A stretch of DNA of 63,834 nucleotides, counting the filler, from Octopus bimaculoides (lineage: Eukaryota), in the NCBI RefSeq assembly GCF_001194135.2. It is 7 parts of 7 records of this genome, joined end to end, with 100 filler letters (N's around TTAATTAATTAA, not from the genome) between each part and the next. Parts side by side here need not be neighbours in the genome. Positions count along the whole stretch, not along the records: positions 59,518 to 63,834 come from NC_068992.1; 6 more parts are not named here. The stretch is one strand, 5' to 3'. Shown piece by piece: positions 61,351-63,834 of this stretch. The stretch's first letter is position 1. Each line of letters begins with the position of its first letter. Below the pieces are notes generated by a model that was not told the DNA's origin, made no database searches, and saw only the letters and a program-made list of their open reading frames with translations. The position numbers and the translations under genes are program-made.

Positions 61351-63216
61351 TAACTGTACCTCAACTTATAAACTGCGTAATATTTCACAACAAAAATCAC
61401 TGCAAGAGAGAATTGTTACGTGGCTGCGTGTGTGTTTTCTTTTCTGTCACATGTAATAAAAAGTGGGCCTTTTAGATAATTTGGAATTACATCAACCAAT
61501 AGTCCAGATTAAAACGTTTGTTTTTCACTATACGTTTTTCAGTGAGTCTTAAGCCGCTTTTATTACAGAATTCGTTTTGGTCCTAAAGATTTCGCTGTCG
61601 ATCAGATTTCTATTTCTATCTAAATTGCAAGTTTATGCGGTTGTTGTTTTTTTGTTTTGTCTTTGTTTTGTTTTTGTGGGGCTTAGGATTTTCTTTTTTT
61701 TTTGTATTCCACTCAGATTAGATTTTTTCAAAGCATATATTTGTTTTGCTGTCGTGATTTATACAAGTAATACGCAACCTATCCTAGACATCCTAAATGC
61801 GCTGGTTATTTGAAAACGTCGGTCTTTTTAACGATCTTTATATCTACATGTCTGTCTGTGTATCTCTCTGTCTATTTATCATTTTATCTATCTATCTATT
61901 CATCTACCTTTCTGTCTGTCTGTCTGTCAATCTACCGAGCTGTCTATCTGCTTTTCTGCCGTTTATTTTCCTATCTTATTCTCGTTCGTTCTCTTTATCC
62001 CACTTTTTCACTTTTAGTGCATTTATGTCTATCGTGTTCTGCCAACTTTCTTCTTACTAAGGCTACCAGTTTCTTTAAAAACCTTACATCAGCATGAGAA
62101 CAAATTCTGTTAACAGACCAACTGCTAATTTAAAACTCCTAAACTGGTCACTTTTAATTCTCCAAATGCATTTTACAGTTACATACTTTGTGCTGTTGTT
62201 TTTTTTTTCTATCTCTCTCCATCATTTCATCATTATTTTCATTATTATTACTATTATTATTATTTTATCTTTCTACAGTTTAAACAACCAGGAAATAGCA
62301 ATTAAAACAACCCCAGAACGGCCAAACAACAAATATATGAAAACACATTTCAAAAGAAAAGTAACCAGCGACATCTGGTGACTGGTATGAACAAACAACG
62401 AAGTGTCACCTTAGTTGTACCAGACCGCCTCAAGTTTAATCAAACACCTTCTTTATTTTACTCGCTCTTGCTATATTTTATGTTTATTTGATATGTATTT
62501 TTTTCATTATTTGCTTTTCTTTTTGGTTGTTTTTCGATTTTTCTCGAAACTCAGCCACAGGAATTAAAGTGCAAAAGTTGACACAAGAATTATCTCAGGA
62601 AAGTATATGGTTTCTTTATTGGATACAGGAACCAATACACGAAATACAAAACTGTTTATACAAAATTATTACAAACATGATAGGGTGTACTTATGTTATA
62701 AATGGAGGAAGGGCAAAAAACGTAGCAATTTTTTTAAAAAAAACATAAGAGATTTAAAATATATCACGAAAGAAAACAAATGAAAACACCCGCAAAGGGC
62801 AAGGACCAACAGTCAGAGCATATCGAGAAATTATATAACTAACAATCCGTTAATAGCGACGGAAGCAGTATTAGTTCAAAATAGCATTTTATATATCGTA
62901 CTCAACGTAGATGTACTAACACAAAAAAATAATAATAAACAACTCAACTGCTTTTTCGAGGCGAATACTGCAGTTGTGTGACTTTCTACAGAACATCCAC
63001 GTTATGTAGCACATACACAACGGTATATAACTGAAAATTGTTTACAGAATTATTAATCGGAAATATAATTGACAATTTTAACGCCCCTGCGATCATTTCG
63101 ACACCTGACGCGTCGTACACACTACAACTGTTCAGACTACGTTGTTTTGATGGAGAGAGCAAGTGGCTAATATGCGTCAGGAACATTTGATCACTAGAAA
63201 CAATTCGTTTGTGCAG

Positions 63217-63260
63217 GTCGTTCGGCAAAAAGCTGAACGCTCGTCCGTCGTCTTTGACGG
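63217..63260 (+). other. Candidate exon (44 nt; alternatively a first exon from ATG at 63172)
   Basis: TTTGTGCAG acceptor-like site and consensus G|GTGAGT donor in CpG-rich sequence; frame MRQEHLITRNNSFVQVVRQKAERSSVVFD(G) is open. Confidence 0.3.
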
Positions 63261-63287
63261 GTGAGTCTATTCTTCTTCTTCTTCTTC

Positions 63288-63334
<47 letters not shown>

Positions 63335-63513
63335 GCAAAATGTGAAAAAACAGTGAATGTATTTAAAAACTAGACGATGTCGTAGAGTACATAGAAATAA
63401 ATTAACTAGATTATATTACATGTTATTACCAACTTGAAATTTAACACTCAAAAGTTCTTTAAAATCTAAACAAATAACTATTACAAACCAAAACTGTATA
63501 AAACAAAAATATA

Positions 63514-63685
63514 CAGGCACAGACATGGTTATGTAGTAAGAAACTTGTTTCCGAACCACATGGCTCTGGGTTCAGTCTCACTGCGTGGCACCTTGGGCAA
63601 GTGTCTTCTGTTATGCCCCCCCCCCCAGCTGATCAAAGCCCTGTGAGTGGATGTGGTACACAGAAACTAAAAGTAACTCATCGTA
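63514..63685 (+). mobile_element. SINE family A variant, 5' half
   Basis: GGCACAGACATGGTTATGTAGTAAG..GGGTTCAGTCTCACTGCGTGGCACCTTGGGCAAGTGTCTTCT. Confidence 0.85.
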
Positions 63686-63834
63686 TGCTCCCGTTTCTTC
63701 CTTAATTCAATTTTTAGTCCATTATGTTATGTGGTTCGTGCCTGGTGATTATGTTTGAAGTATTTCTCAACATATGAAACTATTAGTAGCATGTAAATCA
63801 TGTACCGTATCTGTTAAATAATATTTATCTCTCA

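Overview
Eukaryotic, AT-rich, microsatellite-dense genomic DNA with about 10% N. The SINE repertoire suggests an octopod cephalopod, probably Octopus (inference from recalled repeat sequences). Six 100-bp N44-TTAATTAATTAA-N44 linkers split the window into seven joined pieces, so adjacency across them is unreliable. No host gene could be identified; only a few unassigned candidate exons and one promoter-like region are visible. Most long ORFs in the track are artefacts of N-runs and microsatellites. The window is a transposon graveyard. It holds at least four tRNA-headed SINE families and non-LTR retroelement pieces from R4/Dong-like, HERO-like, Tx1/L1-like, RTE, CR1/L2-group and Penelope-like lineages. 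It also holds three mariner remnants, a near-complete Chapaev3-like DNA transposon, and TA- and TTAA-type MITEs. I found no evidence for a new multi-gene system. The best leads are: a complete type I hammerhead ribozyme fold with a palindromic stem III (27543-27663, minus); a repeat family with a consistently non-canonical hammerhead-like core (CUGUNGA); a ~720-bp decayed palindrome (18764-19487); two different R4/Dong-like fragments stacked in one (CTA)n tract; a 488-codon uninterrupted but motif-degenerate CR1-type RT frame; and a promoter-like region with an ACTCCACACT motif array (47399-47999). All family assignments come from motif recall, not database searches.
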